DNA from: Escherichia coli
GTDB taxonomy: Bacteria; Pseudomonadota; Gammaproteobacteria; Enterobacterales; Enterobacteriaceae
NCBI RefSeq assembly: GCF_003334765.1
Contig: NZ_QOWT01000035.1
Reading direction: 5' to 3' (one strand)
DNA length: 40,549 nt
The stretch's first letter is position 1, and every line of letters starts with the position of its first letter. Below, in pieces: positions 9,818 to 20,298 of this stretch. A program made the translations under genes and the position numbers. The notes below the pieces were generated by a model. The model ran no database searches. It was not told the DNA's origin and was given only the letters and a program-made list of their open reading frames with translations.

Positions 9818-10840
9818 GTGACCTTCTGGAGTATTTTACGCCAACGCTGCTGGGGGCTGGTGCTCGTGGTGGCGGGCGTCTGCGTGATTACGTTTATTAT
9901 CTCGCATCTGATCCCTGGTGATCCGGCGCGGTTACTGGCGGGTGACCGCGCCAGCGATGCTATCGTGGAAAATATTCGCCAGCAACTGGGACTGGACCAG
10001 CCACTGTATGTACAGTTTTACCGCTACGTCAGCGACCTGTTTCATGGTGACCTGGGAACATCCATTCGTACCGGGCGTCCGGTGCTGGAAGAGTTGCGTA
10101 TATTTTTCCCGGCGACGCTGGAGCTGGCTTTTGGTGCCCTGCTGCTGGCACTCCTGATTGGCATCCCGCTGGGCATACTCTCTGCAGTCTGGCGAAATCG
10201 CTGGCTGGATCATCTGGTGCGAATAATGGCCATTACCGGAATCTCCACACCTGCGTTCTGGCTTGGGCTGGGCGTCATTGTGCTGTTTTATGGTCATCTG
10301 CAAATTCTTCCCGGCGGCGGAAGGCTTGATGACTGGCTGGATCCACCAACGCACGTTACCGGCTTTTATCTGCTCGATGCGCTGCTTGAAGGCAACGGTG
10401 AAGTCTTCTTCAATGCGTTGCAACATCTCATCTTACCGGCATTAACGCTGGCGTTCGTTCACCTGGGAATTGTCGCTCGCCAGATCCGCTCAGCGATGCT
10501 GGAACAATTGAGTGAAGACTACATTCGTACCGCCCGGGCCAGCGGCTTGCCCGGCTGGTATATCGTTTTATGTTATGCGCTACCCAATGCGTTGATCCCA
10601 TCGATTACCGTATTGGGTTTGGCGCTGGGCGATTTGTTGTATGGCGCAGTGCTCACCGAAACCGTTTTTGCCTGGCCCGGAATGGGTGCATGGGTAGTAA
10701 CATCAATACAGGCGCTCGACTTCCCGGCAGTGATGGGCTTTGCCGTCGTGGTTTCATTTGCTTATGTGCTGGTCAACCTGGTGGTGGATTTGCTCTATTT
10801 GTGGATTGATCCGCGTATCGGACGTGGAGGTGGTGAATGA
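9818..10840 (+). CDS. ddpB: ABC transporter permease, 340 aa
   Basis: GTG start 1 nt after the ddpA stop; multi-TM permease recognised as DdpB (DppB-like). Confidence 0.9.
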   Translation: MTFWSILRQRCWGLVLVVAGVCVITFIISHLIPGDPARLLAGDRASDAIVENIRQQLGLDQPLYVQFYRYVSDLFHGDLGTSIRTGRPVLEELRIFFPATLELAFGALLLALLIGIPLGILSAVWRNRWLDHLVRIMAITGISTPAFWLGLGVIVLFYGHLQILPGGGRLDDWLDPPTHVTGFYLLDALLEGNGEVFFNALQHLILPALTLAFVHLGIVARQIRSAMLEQLSEDYIRTARASGLPGWYIVLCYALPNALIPSITVLGLALGDLLYGAVLTETVFAWPGMGAWVVTSIQALDFPAVMGFAVVVSFAYVLVNLVVDLLYLWIDPRIGRGGGE

Positions 10841-11733
10841 TGCTAAGCGAGGAAACGTCCGCCGTACGCCCACAAAAACAAACGCGATTTAACGGTGCAA
10901 AACTGGTATGGATGCTGAAAGGCAGTCCGCTCACCGTGACCAGCGCAGTCATCATTGTATTAATGCTATTGATGATGATTTTTTCACCGTGGCTGGCGAC
11001 GCATGATCCCAACGCCATTGATTTAACCGCCCGCCTTTTGCCGCCTTCTGCGGCGCACTGGTTTGGCACCGATGAAGTGGGACGCGATCTGTTTAGCCGC
11101 GTACTGGTCGGCAGTCAGCAATCAATTCTCGCCGGATTAGTCGTGGTTGCCATTGCGGGTATGATTGGTTCGCTACTCGGATGTCTATCCGGTGTGCTTG
11201 GTGGACGCGCAGACGCCATCATCATGCGCATCATGGACATTATGCTGTCGATTCCTTCGTTGGTACTGACAATGGCACTGGCTGCCGCTCTCGGGCCGAG
11301 TTTGTTTAACGCCATGCTGGCTATTGCTATTGTGCGAATTCCCTTTTATGTGCGCCTGGCGCGGGGGCAAGCATTAGTTGTACGCCAGTATACCTATGTT
11401 CAGGCGGCGAAAACCTTTGGCGCGTCTCGTTGGCATCTGATCAACTGGCATATTTTACGTAACTCCCTACCGCCGCTGATCGTGCAGGCATCGCTGGATA
11501 TCGGTAGCGCGATTTTAATGGCCGCCACGTTGGGATTTATTGGCCTGGGTGCTCAACAACCGAGTGCTGAATGGGGCGCGATGGTAGCAAATGGTCGCAA
11601 CTATGTACTCGATCAGTGGTGGTATTGCGCATTTCCGGGGGCAGCGATTTTGCTTACCGCCGTCGGGTTTAATCTCTTTGGTGATGGTATTCGCGATCTG
11701 CTTGACCCGAAAGCAGGAGGAAAGCAGTCATGA
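10837..11733 (+). CDS. ddpC: ABC transporter permease, 298 aa
   Basis: ATGA start/stop overlap with ddpB; DppC-like permease. Confidence 0.9.
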   Translation: MMLSEETSAVRPQKQTRFNGAKLVWMLKGSPLTVTSAVIIVLMLLMMIFSPWLATHDPNAIDLTARLLPPSAAHWFGTDEVGRDLFSRVLVGSQQSILAGLVVVAIAGMIGSLLGCLSGVLGGRADAIIMRIMDIMLSIPSLVLTMALAAALGPSLFNAMLAIAIVRIPFYVRLARGQALVVRQYTYVQAAKTFGASRWHLINWHILRNSLPPLIVQASLDIGSAILMAATLGFIGLGAQQPSAEWGAMVANGRNYVLDQWWYCAFPGAAILLTAVGFNLFGDGIRDLLDPKAGGKQS

Positions 11734-12716
11734 CCCAACCCGTTCTGGACATTCAACAACTGCATTTGAGTTTCCCCGGTTTTAACGGTGATGTTCACGC
11801 GCTCAACAATGTGTCCTTGCAGATTAACCGCGGTGAAATTGTCGGTCTGGTGGGAGAATCCGGCTCAGGTAAATCAGTCACCGCAATGCTGATTATGCGT
11901 CTGCTACCGACGGGCAGTTATTGCGTACATCGGGGGCAGATTTCCCTGCTGGGAGAAGATGTTCTTAACGCGCGGGAAAAACAGCTTCGTCAGTGGCGCG
12001 GCGCACGAGTGGCGATGATCTTTCAGGAACCGATGACCGCCCTCAATCCGACACGTCGAATAGGTCTTCAGATGATGGACGTGATCCGCCATCATCAACC
12101 AATAAGTCGTCGGGAAGCCAGAGCTAAAGCGATTGACCTGCTGGAAGAGATGCAAATCCCGGATGCCGTGGAAGTTATGTCGCGCTATCCGTTTGAGCTT
12201 TCAGGTGGTATGCGCCAGCGGGTAATGATTGCGCTGGCATTCTCCTGCGAGCCGCAATTGATTATTGCCGACGAACCGACTACGGCGCTGGACGTCACGG
12301 TGCAGTTGCAGGTACTGCGTTTGCTTAAACATAAAGCCCGCGCCAGTGGAACTGCGGTTCTGTTCATCAGCCATGATATGGCCGTGGTGTCGCAACTGTG
12401 CGATAGCGTTTACGTGATGTATGCCGGAAGCGTAATTGAAAGCGGCGTGACGGCAGACGTTATCCATCATCCCCGGCATCCGTATACCATTGGTTTGCTG
12501 CAATGCGCACCAGAACATGGAGTACCACGCCAGCTATTACCCGCCATTCCAGGGACGGTACCAAACCTCACCCATTTGCCTGACGGCTGCGCTTTTCGCG
12601 ATCGTTGCTATGCGGCAGGTGCACAGTGTGAAAACGTCCCGGCGCTGACAGCGTGTGGTGACAACAACCAGCGCTGTGCCTGTTGGTATCCGCAGCAGGA
12701 GGTTATAAGTGTCTGA
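11730..12716 (+). CDS. ddpD: ABC transporter ATP-binding protein, 328 aa
   Basis: Walker A GESGSGKS and signature LSGGMRQR visible; ATGA overlap with ddpC. Confidence 0.92.
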   Translation: MTQPVLDIQQLHLSFPGFNGDVHALNNVSLQINRGEIVGLVGESGSGKSVTAMLIMRLLPTGSYCVHRGQISLLGEDVLNAREKQLRQWRGARVAMIFQEPMTALNPTRRIGLQMMDVIRHHQPISRREARAKAIDLLEEMQIPDAVEVMSRYPFELSGGMRQRVMIALAFSCEPQLIIADEPTTALDVTVQLQVLRLLKHKARASGTAVLFISHDMAVVSQLCDSVYVMYAGSVIESGVTADVIHHPRHPYTIGLLQCAPEHGVPRQLLPAIPGTVPNLTHLPDGCAFRDRCYAAGAQCENVPALTACGDNNQRCACWYPQQEVISV

Positions 12717-13635
12717 CACGTTATTAACGTTACGCGACGTCCATATCAATTTCCCGGCCCGTAAAAACTGGCTTGGTAAAACTACGGAACATGTTCATGC
12801 CATTAATGGTATTGATTTACAGATCCGCCGTGGTGAAACCTTAGGGATCGTCGGCGAGTCAGGCTGCGGCAAAAGCACCCTCGCACAGCTTTTAATGGGT
12901 ATGCTGCAACCGAGCCACGGGCAGTACATCCGTTCTGGCTCACAACGCATTATGCAGATGGTGTTTCAGGACCCGCTCTCTTCGCTTAATCCGCGCTTAC
13001 CGGTGTGGCGCATCATCACAGAACCGCTCTGGATAGCTAAGCGTAGTAGTGAACAACAGCGGCGAGCGTTGGCAGAGGAGTTGGCTGTGCAGGTGGGTAT
13101 TCGTCCGGAGTATCTCGACCGCCTGCCTCATGCGTTCTCCGGCGGGCAGCGGCAACGTATCGCCATTGCCAGAGCACTCTCTTCGCAGCCTGACGTGATT
13201 GTGCTTGATGAGCCAACCTCTGCGCTGGATATCTCCGTTCAGGCGCAGATCCTCAATTTACTGGTAACGCTACAGGAAAATCACGGGCTGACCTATGTGC
13301 TGATTTCACACAATGTCTCGGTGATACGTCATATGAGCGATCGGGTGGCGGTGATGTATCTCGGGCAGATTGTAGAACTGGGCGACGCGCAGCAGGTGCT
13401 GACGGCACCTGCACATCCATACACCCGATTATTGCTGGATTCCCTCCCCGCCATTGATAAACCGCTGGAGGAAGAATGGGCATTACGTAAAACGGATCTG
13501 CCGGGAAACCGCACGTTGCCGCAAGGCTGTTTTTTCTACGAACGTTGCCCGCTGGCAACCCACGGATGTGAAGTCCGGCAATCATTAGCAATAAGGGAGG
13601 ACGGACGTGAGCTCCGGTGCTGGCGGGCGCTGTAG
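12709..13635 (+). CDS. ddpF: ABC transporter ATP-binding protein, 308 aa
   Basis: GTG start overlapping the ddpD end by 8 nt; Walker A GESGCGKS and signature FSGGQRQR visible. Confidence 0.9.
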   Translation: MSDTLLTLRDVHINFPARKNWLGKTTEHVHAINGIDLQIRRGETLGIVGESGCGKSTLAQLLMGMLQPSHGQYIRSGSQRIMQMVFQDPLSSLNPRLPVWRIITEPLWIAKRSSEQQRRALAEELAVQVGIRPEYLDRLPHAFSGGQRQRIAIARALSSQPDVIVLDEPTSALDISVQAQILNLLVTLQENHGLTYVLISHNVSVIRHMSDRVAVMYLGQIVELGDAQQVLTAPAHPYTRLLLDSLPAIDKPLEEEWALRKTDLPGNRTLPQGCFFYERCPLATHGCEVRQSLAIREDGRELRCWRAL

Positions 13636-13690
13636 AGATGCTAACAACGCATCAGGCATTCACGCGCCTGACGCGTCATCCGGCAATGCT

Positions 13691-14122
13691 TTACGATTTC
13701 AACTGGTAATCCAGCGTAATTTCCGCTTTCAGTACCTGAGAGACCGGGCATCCTGCTTTTGCTTTCTGGATTATGCCGTCAAAGGTAGAGGCATCAATAC
13801 CCGGCACCGCAACTTCACTCTTCAGTGCGATTTTCGTAATCGCAAAACCGGCATCCACTTTATCCAGCGACACATCGGCGGTGGTATCAATCGATGTTGG
13901 CGTGAATCCCGCTTCCCCCAGCATTAATGAAAGCGCCATTGAGAAACATGCGGCATGCGCTGCGCCAATCAGTTCTTCAGGGTTGGTTCCTTTTTCGCCT
14001 TCAAAACGCGTGTTAAATCCATACGGCTGTTGGTTCAGCACGCCACTCTCGGTGGATACTGTTCCCTTCCCGCGTTTGATATCGCCTTCCCAGTGTGCCT
14101 GACCTTTCTTATGGATTGTCAT
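13691..14122 (-). CDS. osmC: osmotically inducible peroxiredoxin OsmC, 143 aa
   Basis: 143-aa ORF recognised as OsmC (OsmC/Ohr family); convergent with ddpF. Confidence 0.95.
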   Translation of the reverse strand: MTIHKKGQAHWEGDIKRGKGTVSTESGVLNQQPYGFNTRFEGEKGTNPEELIGAAHAACFSMALSLMLGEAGFTPTSIDTTADVSLDKVDAGFAITKIALKSEVAVPGIDASTFDGIIQKAKAGCPVSQVLKAEITLDYQLKS

Positions 14123-14466
14123 TGTTGCTCTCCTGTGGGCTTAAAAAGGAAATTATAGACTACGTGAGAAACAGCACGAGGATAAGCAGGATATTCCGAA
14201 TAAAATCCGGCGAAAATATTACTTCTGCACTTAAATTAAATTCCCACAATAGATTACCGGGAATATATAACCCAAAAGATATTGTATCAATATTAATCGG
14301 ATCATACCAATCACAATCCCTATTAATATCATGGTGTTAAAATATAAAAATCATCAACCAGGACTAATCTTAACAACGAAGCGGCAAATATTTGCCATGC
14401 TGAATGTGCTTTATAAATCTGCGATCCGTAGCAGACACCATAAATACACAGACACGGAGAATCACT

Positions 14467-14682
14467 ATGTTTACTTATTATCAGGCAGAAAATTCAACAG
14501 CAGAACCCGCTCTGGTTAATGCCATTGAGCAAGGCCTTCGGGCACAGCATGGTGTTGTCACTGAAGATGACATTCTCATGGAGCTGACCAAATGGGTTGA
14601 AGCTTCTGATAACGACATCCTCAGTGATATCTACCAGCAAACGATCAATTATGTGGTCAGTGGCCAGCACCCTACGCTTTAA
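14467..14682 (+). CDS. bdm: biofilm-dependent modulation protein Bdm, 71 aa
   Basis: ORF track gives a 92-aa ORF from 14404; the recalled 71-aa Bdm begins at the internal ATG (MFTYYQAENSTAEPALVN...), preceded by GGAG. Confidence 0.85.
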   Translation: MFTYYQAENSTAEPALVNAIEQGLRAQHGVVTEDDILMELTKWVEASDNDILSDIYQQTINYVVSGQHPTL

Positions 14683-14783
14683 GGTGCTATGCTTGATCGG
14701 CAACCTAATTTAGGGGTTTAGCACGTGTTTCTTCGCTACGGCGATGTTGTCCTTAAAACTAGCTACAGGATTGAGGAGTTAAA

Positions 14784-14921
14784 ATGAAATCGAACCGTCA
14801 GGCACGTCATATTCTTGGACTGGACCATAAAATTTCTAACCAGCGCAAAATAGTTACCGAAGGTGACAAATCCAGCGTAGTAAATAACCCAACCGGCAGA
14901 AAACGCCCCGCTGAAAAGTAA
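14784..14921 (+). CDS. sra: stationary-phase ribosome-associated protein Sra (S22), 45 aa
   Basis: Not in the ORF track (below 60 aa). ATG at 14784 preceded by GAGGAG; translation [45 protein letters not shown] then TAA; followed by a strong terminator. Confidence 0.9.
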
Positions 14922-14951
14922 TTCATAACCATCAGTCCTCAATGACGATTA

Positions 14952-14987
14952 AACACCATTGCCTGCGCAATGGTGTTTTTGTTTTTA
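14952..14987 (+). terminator. rho-independent terminator downstream of sra
   Basis: 11-bp inverted repeat AACACCATTGC / GCAATGGTGTT followed by TTTTTGTTTTT. Confidence 0.85.
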
Positions 14988-15077
14988 TCTGCTTTATACT
15001 TGAGGCCGACGCCCTGGCGGTAAAGCAAAGACGATAAAAGCCCCCCAGGGATGGATATTCAAAAAAGAGTGAGTGAC

Positions 15078-16775
15078 ATGGAACCAAAAACAAAAAAACA
15101 GCGTTCGCTTTATATCCCTTACGCTGGCCCTGTACTGCTGGAATTTCCGTTGTTGAATAAAGGCAGTGCCTTCAGCATGGAAGAACGCCGTAACTTCAAC
15201 CTGCTGGGGTTACTGCCGGAAGTGGTCGAAACCATCGAAGAACAAGCGGAACGAGCATGGATCCAGTATCAGGGATTCAAAACCGAAATCGACAAACACA
15301 TCTACCTGCGTAACATCCAGGACACTAACGAAACCCTCTTCTACCGTCTGGTAAACAATCATCTTGATGAGATGATGCCTGTTATTTATACCCCAACCGT
15401 CGGCGCAGCCTGTGAGCGTTTTTCTGAGATCTACCGCCGTTCACGCGGCGTGTTTATCTCTTACCAGAACCGGCACAATATGGACGATATTCTGCAAAAC
15501 GTGCCGAACCATAATATTAAAGTGATTGTGGTGACTGACGGTGAACGCATTCTGGGGCTTGGTGACCAGGGCATCGGCGGGATGGGCATTCCGATCGGTA
15601 AACTGTCGCTCTATACCGCCTGTGGCGGCATCAGCCCGGCGTATACCCTTCCGGTGGTGCTGGATGTCGGAACGAACAACCAACAGCTGCTTAACGATCC
15701 GCTGTATATGGGCTGGCGTAATCCGCGTATCACTGACGACGAATACTATGAATTCGTTGATGAATTTATCCAGGCTGTGAAACAACGCTGGCCAGACGTG
15801 CTGTTGCAGTTTGAAGACTTTGCTCAAAAAAATGCGATGCCGTTACTTAACCGCTATCGCAATGAAATTTGTTCTTTTAACGATGACATTCAGGGCACTG
15901 CGGCGGTAACAGTCGGCACACTGATCGCAGCAAGCCGCGCGGCAGGTGGTCAGTTAAGCGAGAAAAAAATCGTCTTCCTTGGCGCAGGTTCAGCGGGATG
16001 CGGCATTGCCGAAATGATCATCTCCCAGACCCAGCGCGAAGGATTAAGCGAGGAAGCGGCGCGGCAGAAAGTCTTTATGGTCGATCGCTTTGGCTTGCTG
16101 ACTGACAAGATGCCGAACCTGCTGCCTTTCCAGACCAAACTGGTGCAGAAGCGCGAAAACCTCAGTGACTGGGATACCGACAGCGATGTGCTGTCACTGC
16201 TGGATGTGGTGCGCAATGTAAAACCAGATATTCTGATTGGCGTCTCAGGACAGACCGGGCTGTTTACGGAAGAGATCATCCGTGAGATGCATAAACACTG
16301 TCCGCGTCCGATCGTGATGCCGCTGTCTAACCCGACGTCACGCGTGGAAGCCACACCGCAGGACATTATCGCCTGGACCGAAGGTAACGCGCTGGTCGCC
16401 ACGGGCAGCCCGTTTAATCCAGTGGTATGGAAAGATAAAATCTACCCTATCGCCCAGTGTAACAACGCCTTTATTTTCCCGGGCATCGGCCTGGGTGTTA
16501 TTGCTTCCGGCGCGTCACGTATCACCGATGAGATGCTGATGTCGGCAAGTGAAACGCTGGCGCAGTATTCACCATTGGTGCTGAACGGCGAAGGTATGGT
16601 ACTGCCGGAACTGAAAGATATTCAGAAAGTCTCCCGCGCAATTGCGTTTGCGGTTGGCAAAATGGCGCAGCAGCAAGGCGTGGCGGTGAAAACCTCTGCC
16701 GAAGCCCTGCAACAGGCCATTGACGATAATTTCTGGCAAGCCGAATACCGCGACTACCGCCGTACCTCCATCTAA
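15078..16775 (+). CDS. maeA: NAD-dependent malic enzyme, 565 aa
   Basis: ORF track gives 15051..16775 (574 aa); start placed at the internal ATG ([10 protein letters not shown]...) to match the recalled 565-aa MaeA/SfcA; the start at 15051 remains possible. Confidence 0.9.
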   Translation: MEPKTKKQRSLYIPYAGPVLLEFPLLNKGSAFSMEERRNFNLLGLLPEVVETIEEQAERAWIQYQGFKTEIDKHIYLRNIQDTNETLFYRLVNNHLDEMMPVIYTPTVGAACERFSEIYRRSRGVFISYQNRHNMDDILQNVPNHNIKVIVVTDGERILGLGDQGIGGMGIPIGKLSLYTACGGISPAYTLPVVLDVGTNNQQLLNDPLYMGWRNPRITDDEYYEFVDEFIQAVKQRWPDVLLQFEDFAQKNAMPLLNRYRNEICSFNDDIQGTAAVTVGTLIAASRAAGGQLSEKKIVFLGAGSAGCGIAEMIISQTQREGLSEEAARQKVFMVDRFGLLTDKMPNLLPFQTKLVQKRENLSDWDTDSDVLSLLDVVRNVKPDILIGVSGQTGLFTEEIIREMHKHCPRPIVMPLSNPTSRVEATPQDIIAWTEGNALVATGSPFNPVVWKDKIYPIAQCNNAFIFPGIGLGVIASGASRITDEMLMSASETLAQYSPLVLNGEGMVLPELKDIQKVSRAIAFAVGKMAQQQGVAVKTSAEALQQAIDDNFWQAEYRDYRRTSI

Positions 16776-16781
16776 GCCTGC

Positions 16782-16822
16782 GCCCGGTAGTGAAGGCTAC
16801 CGGGCTATTTCCCTCTCCCTTT
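16782..16822 (+). terminator. terminator-like hairpin downstream of maeA
   Basis: Inverted repeat GCCCGGTAG / CTACCGGGC followed by a T/C-rich tract ending in CCCTTTTTC. Confidence 0.6.
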
Positions 16823-16908
16823 TTCAGATCTCATCCATACTGGGTAGTGGCGAATAAATCTCATTTGCCTCACCTGCTATGCAGAACATCATCCGAAAAG
16901 GAGGAACT

Positions 16909-17919
16909 ATGAAGGCTGCAGTTGTTACGAAGGATCATCATGTTGACGTTACGTATAAAACACTGCGCTCACTGAAACATGGCGAAGCCCTGCTGAAAAT
17001 GGAGTGTTGTGGTGTATGTCATACCGATCTTCATGTTAAGAATGGCGATTTTGGTGACAAAACCGGCGTAATTCTGGGCCATGAAGGCATCGGTGTGGTG
17101 GCAGAAGTGGGTCCAGGTGTCACCTCATTAAAACCAGGCGATCGTGCCAGCGTGGCGTGGTTCTACGAAGGATGCGGTCATTGCGAATACTGTAACAGTG
17201 GTAACGAAACGCTCTGCCGTTCAGTTAAAAATGCCGGATACAGCGTTGATGGCGGGATGGCGGAAGAGTGCATCGTGGTCGCCGATTACGCGGTAAAAGT
17301 GCCAGATGGTCTGGACTCGGCGGCGGCCAGCAGCATTACCTGTGCGGGAGTCACCACCTACAAAGCCGTTAAGCTGTCAAAAATTCGTCCAGGGCAGTGG
17401 ATTGCTATCTACGGTCTTGGCGGTCTGGGTAACCTCGCCCTGCAATACGCGAAGAATGTCTTTAACGCCAAAGTGATCGCCATTGATGTCAATGATGAGC
17501 AGTTAAAACTGGCAACCGAAATGGGCGCAGATTTAGCGATTAACTCACACACCGAAGACGCCGCCAAAATTGTGCAGGAGAAAACTGGTGGCGCTCACGC
17601 TGCGGTGGTAACAGCGGTAGCTAAAGCTGCGTTTAACTCGGCAGTTGATGCTGTCCGTGCAGGCGGTCGTGTTGTGGCTGTCGGTCTACCGCCGGAGTCT
17701 ATGAGCCTGGATATCCCACGTCTTGTGCTGGATGGTATTGAAGTGGTCGGTTCGCTGGTCGGCACGCGCCAGGATTTAACTGAAGCCTTCCAGTTTGCCG
17801 CCGAAGGTAAAGTGGTGCCGAAAGTCGCCCTGCGTCCGTTAGCGGACATCAACACCATCTTTACTGAGATGGAAGAAGGCAAAATCCGTGGCCGCATGGT
17901 GATTGATTTCCGTCACTAA
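16909..17919 (+). CDS. adhP: zinc-dependent alcohol dehydrogenase, 336 aa
   Basis: ORF track gives 16879..17919; start placed at the ATG preceded by GGAGGAAC giving [11 protein letters not shown]...; zinc-ligand motifs (GHEGIG, C-x2-C-x2-C) visible. Confidence 0.93.
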   Translation: MKAAVVTKDHHVDVTYKTLRSLKHGEALLKMECCGVCHTDLHVKNGDFGDKTGVILGHEGIGVVAEVGPGVTSLKPGDRASVAWFYEGCGHCEYCNSGNETLCRSVKNAGYSVDGGMAEECIVVADYAVKVPDGLDSAAASSITCAGVTTYKAVKLSKIRPGQWIAIYGLGGLGNLALQYAKNVFNAKVIAIDVNDEQLKLATEMGADLAINSHTEDAAKIVQEKTGGAHAAVVTAVAKAAFNSAVDAVRAGGRVVAVGLPPESMSLDIPRLVLDGIEVVGSLVGTRQDLTEAFQFAAEGKVVPKVALRPLADINTIFTEMEEGKIRGRMVIDFRH

Positions 17920-18064
17920 GAGGCCTTTGCTGCGACTGCCATGTTCGGGTCGCAGCATCGCACACTCTCCAACATGAAATGGCTAAATGGATTATTGTTG
18001 CGTAGGAAGGAACAATAATGATAGTGTTCCCAGTGAAGAAACGCTACTGAGAGTAAAGACACTA

Positions 18065-18349
18065 ATGAAAATGGCCAATCATCCCCGCCCGGGGGACATT
18101 ATTCAGGAATCACTGGACGAACTTAATGTCAGCCTGCGCGAGTTTGCCAGAGCAATGGAAATTGCTCCCTCAACGGCAAGCCGATTGCTGACAGGAAAAG
18201 CAGCTTTGACGCCAGAAATGGCGATTAAACTTTCCGTGGTGATCGGCAGTTCGCCGCAAATGTGGCTGAATCTGCAAAACGCCTGGAGTCTGGCAGAGGC
18301 AGAAAAAACAGTGGATGTGTCGCGATTACGCCGTCTGGTTACGCAATAA
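18065..18349 (+). CDS. yddM: HigA-like XRE-family HTH protein (putative orphan antitoxin), 94 aa
   Basis: ORF track gives a 120-aa ORF from 17987; the recalled YddM starts at the internal ATG ([17 protein letters not shown]...); helix-turn-helix region ([27 protein letters not shown]) visible. Confidence 0.75.
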
Positions 18350-18737
18350 AAAAATGGCACTTTATAAAGCGCCATTTAGAACTGATGACAAACGCAACAT
18401 TGCCTGATGCGCTACGCTTATCAGGCCTACACGTTCACTGCAATCTATTGGATTTGAAGGGTTTTCATGCCGGATAAGGCGTTCACGCCGCATCCGGCAT
18501 GAACAAAGCCTACGTTGTCTACAATATAAAAATGACGCCTTTTACAGCGCCATTTGAAACTGATGACAAACGCAACATTGCCTGATGCGCTACGCTTATC
18601 AGGCCTACACGTTCACTGCAATCTATTGGATTTGAAGGGTTTTCATGCCGGATAAGGCGTTCACGCCGCATCCGGCATGAACAAAGCCTACGTTGTCTAC
18701 AATATGAAAATGGCGCCTTTTACAGCGCCATTTTCAG
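18350..18737. repeat. tandem array (~2.2 copies of a ~178-bp unit) containing REP palindromic units and terminator-like hairpins
   Basis: Directly visible: 18350-18527 and 18528-18705 are near-identical, and a third partial copy of the AAAATGGCGCC...GCGCCATTTT hairpin lies at 18706-18735. Each unit carries two REP-type palindromes (GCCTGATGCGCTACGCTTATCAGGCCTAC and GCCGGATAAGGCGTTCACGCCGCATCCGGCA). Confidence 0.9.
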
Positions 18738-18755
18738 CTTAAAGTTCAAAAGAGA

Positions 18756-19409
18756 TTATATCCCTTCTTCACTCTCTTTTTTCGCTTCTGCCTTCTCGAT
18801 TTCACGATACCAGCGCGGATGGTGTTTCTTCGCCCAGCGACGACTTACCTTCCCTTCGATCATCCCTTTAATCGATCCTTTCACCCAAAATGCCATATAC
18901 ATATGGATCAGGATGGCGTGGATCAGGATGATACCCGCAGCCGCGTGGATCAGCAGGCTGTAGCGAACAACCTGCATCGGGAAGTACTGCGCAAAGTACG
19001 GACGCCAGATAATCACCCCGGTCACCAGCAGCACGAAAATCATGCTCATGATCGACCAGAACATCATCTTTTGCCCGGCGTTGTACTTACCGACATCCGC
19101 CACTTTATGCTCATTGCCTTTCAATACTTCGACAATGTTCAACAGCCACGGAATATCTTTCTTATCCGGGATGTTGTGATGCACAAAACGCACAAACATA
19201 AACATCAGTGCGACGAAAATCGCAATGCCGAAGAACGGGTGCAAAATGCGTCCCATCTGCGGCGTACCGAAGGTTTGCGTCAGCCATTGCAGCGTCGGGA
19301 AGAAGAACGAAATCCCGGACAGCGCCACCAGGAAGAAGCAAATCACCACGGTCCAGTGACAGGCGCGATCAATAAATTTGGTGCGCACAATCATTTTCGA
19401 CTTACTCAT
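18756..19409 (-). CDS. fdnI: formate dehydrogenase-N gamma subunit (cytochrome b), 217 aa
   Basis: ORF track gives 231 aa from 19451; start placed at [12 protein letters not shown]... to give the recalled 217 aa; overlaps the fdnH end by 8 nt. Confidence 0.9.
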
Positions 19410-20286
19410 GATGATCCTCCTCGTCATCGTCCACTTCCTTATTCGGGCCAATACCGATGTAGTGGAAAATCAACCCGGCAAAAGTGGCAATAAAGCCAGC
19501 CGCTGCCAGCGGTTTCAACGCGCCTTTCCACAGGCTTACCGAGGTGTCGATCTTCGGATCTTTCGGCAGACCGTGATACAGCTCCGGCTGATCGGCGTGA
19601 TGCAGCACGTACATAACGTGCGTACCACCGACCCCTTCCGGGTTGTAGACGCCAGCATGTTCGTAACCACGCGCTTTCAGTTTCGCCACGCGCTGTTCCG
19701 CCAGCTCCAGCATCTCCTTCTTGGTGCCGAAGTGGATAGCCCCGGTCGGACAGGTTTTCACACAAGCCGGTTCCTGGCCGACGCTGACGCGATCGACGCA
19801 GAGCGTGCATTTATATACCCGGTTATCCTCTTTGTTGAGGCGCGGAATATTAAACGGACACCCGGCAATGCAGTAACCACAGCCGATGCAGTTTTCCGAC
19901 TGGAAATCGACAATCCCGTTAGCGTACTGAATGATTGCACCAGCAGACGGGCACGCCTTCAGGCAGCCGGGATCTTCACAGTGCATACAGCCGTCTTTAC
20001 GGATCAGCCACTCCAGCTTGCCGTTCTGTTCGGTTTCGCTAAAGCGCATCACCGTCCAGGACTTGGCGCTCAGATCGGCGGGGTTATCGTAAACCCCGAC
20101 GCAGTGCCCCACTTCATCACGGATGTCGTTCCACTCCGAACACGCCACCTGACAGGCTTTACAGCCGATACAGGTGGAAACGTCGATAAGTTTTGCGACT
20201 TCTGCTTTGTAATCACGCACCTGAGAAGGCGGCGTGATGGAGTTAGTTGCGGACCTTTTGATAATGTCCTGCGTTTCCATAGCCAT
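19402..20286 (-). CDS. fdnH: formate dehydrogenase-N beta subunit (4Fe-4S ferredoxin-type), 294 aa
   Basis: Multiple Cys-x2-Cys-x2-Cys-x3-Cys ferredoxin motifs and a C-terminal membrane anchor; recognised as FdnH. Confidence 0.95.
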   Translation of the reverse strand: MAMETQDIIKRSATNSITPPSQVRDYKAEVAKLIDVSTCIGCKACQVACSEWNDIRDEVGHCVGVYDNPADLSAKSWTVMRFSETEQNGKLEWLIRKDGCMHCEDPGCLKACPSAGAIIQYANGIVDFQSENCIGCGYCIAGCPFNIPRLNKEDNRVYKCTLCVDRVSVGQEPACVKTCPTGAIHFGTKKEMLELAEQRVAKLKARGYEHAGVYNPEGVGGTHVMYVLHHADQPELYHGLPKDPKIDTSVSLWKGALKPLAAAGFIATFAGLIFHYIGIGPNKEVDDDEEDHHE

Positions 20287-20298
20287 CTGTTCGCCCCC

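Noticed and set aside
18262-18477. 71-aa ORF inside the REP tandem array
   Set aside because: It is composed of REP palindromes and overlaps the yddM 3' end; a repeat-derived spurious ORF.
18350-18737. Possible CRISPR array
   Set aside because: The repeat unit is about 178 bp with only about 2 copies and no short unique spacers; the sequence is REP/BIME-type, not CRISPR.
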